In this document: positions 62,895 through 64,000 of the stretch, piece after piece
Layout of the letters: every line of letters begins with the position of its first letter
How positions within the stretch are numbered: the stretch's first letter is position 1
Notes under the pieces: generated by a model
The model's database searches: none
What the model saw: the letters and a program-made list of their open reading frames with translations, nothing else
What the model was told of the DNA's origin: nothing
Translations under genes and position numbers: made by a program
DNA from: Ministeria vibrans ATCC 50519
Lineage: Eukaryota > Protista > Filasterea
NCBI GenBank assembly: GCA_943704425.1
Contig: CALSCP010000216.1
Coordinates: 1 to 64,000, forward strand
Direction of reading: 5' to 3'
DNA length: 64,000 bases

Positions 62895-64000
62895 ATGCAA
62901 GATCCCTTGAAGCCCGACCCGCTCGACGGCCGAGTGGACGTGGAGGCGCTGCTTGCGTCCCTTCCGCATGACACCGTCGATTCGTGGGATGGCGGCCGCG
63001 TAAGGAGCCCCTGCATTCCTTCTTCTTGCTTCCCCACTACGCCTGCAGCCCCGGAGACTTTTCACACTTCTCCTTGCGTTTTTTTTTTTCTTCTTTTCTT
63101 TACGCTAAGAAGTTGTTTGGACNNNNNNNNNNAAAAAAAAAAAAAAAAAAAAAAAAAAGGAGAGCCAAAAGTCTCATGTGACCTTGAAAAAGAGGGTGTG
63201 CCATACTCACTGCGTGCATGTGTATTGCCTGTACTGCCAACTTCGGGCGCGAAAGCCACTCAAATCGACCCACATCTGACACAAAACGCACTTTTTTTCC
63301 TTCTTTGTTCGCAGTCAACAACACTTCGCGGTCTGAGTGTGCGCAGCCGCGTCCTGCTGGTTCTGGTGACCTTGGAGATCATTGCCATCATCGGCCTCTC
63401 CATTGAGCGGTACGCACGCCCCTCCTGCGGCCAATCGCACTCGGTTGCGTTGCACTCACCCGTCTCATTCTCATTCGCTCGCTGCTCTCCCTTTTCAGCC
63501 TCGCTACGATTACGCTGCCGCTCAACACAGACTCACGAAGGGCAGACTTCACCTATGCTCTGGTTCTCATTCTCAATTCGATTTTCTGCTGCTACTACGC
63601 GTTTCATGGGTGTCTTCGCGAGCGACGAATGGAGCTGATCATCTTTGTGCTTGCCTCCATTCTTGTGAGCGTCTATGTAATTTATCAGTTTGCCTCGACC
63701 CACGTCGGAGTTTATTCTGACTGGAAGGCCGTACAGCTGGCACGCTTCATCATTGTGTGTGTACTTGTGCCGCCCTCGTCAATATTAGCAGGGGTGGTGG
63801 CGCATGACTTTGGCTGGCTCGAGTTTAAGACGGTGGGCGCCGACGAAGCGCTCAAGTCTATGTTCCGCACCTACGGTCTCTTTACGGGGCTTCTCAAGCT
63901 GGATCTCCAGCTGGCAATGACTCTGGTGATTATGAGTGGCTTCAATGGCCTGACGGTTGGCGTGGAGCTTGCCATCAACATTGTTGGCCTCGTTGTGACG
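62895..64000 (+). CDS. Multi-pass membrane protein, UPF0658-like (partial, runs off the window)
   Basis: TM helices; HGCLRERRMELI, DFGWLEFKTVGAD, LLKLDLQL. Confidence 0.6.

Overview
Gene-dense, intron-rich eukaryotic nuclear DNA with short GT-AG introns, many GA/CA/TAA microsatellites and six N-gaps. Cytoplasmic dynein-1, Mondo/MLXIP, RNF146, VPS26C, MNS1 and ERG6 together suggest a flagellated unicellular opisthokont, probably a holozoan (inference). About 20 protein genes were reconstructed by eye: atypical Rho GTPase, NCLX-type exchanger, bacterial-type deoxyhypusine-synthase-like enzyme, tandem SpeD-type decarboxylase, sterol C24-methyltransferase, DYNC1H1, PhnB/VOC protein, CCCH plus degenerate exonuclease, MNS1, PILS/AEC carrier, pyruvate carboxylase, a type I membrane protein fragment, VPS26C, a membrane ANK-RING protein, RNF146, APS/PAPS reductase, sulfite reductase flavoprotein, a BspA/DUF285 protein, a Mondo-like factor and a UPF0658-like protein. 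Main observations: (1) a head-to-head polyamine module pairs the DHS-like enzyme with a single-chain live/dead SpeD dimer; (2) pyruvate carboxylase is split in-frame across 14.5 kb holding seven other genes or fragments (giant intron or misassembly); (3) a divergent sulfate-assimilation pair shares colinear first-intron motifs and MPP[ST]P N-termini; (4) two metabolic genes appear to have start codons split by an intron (AT|G); (5) the BspA gene has one repeat per exon; (6) the Mondo homolog lacks a DNA-binding basic region. All exon boundaries and family calls come from manual reading, with no searches run.
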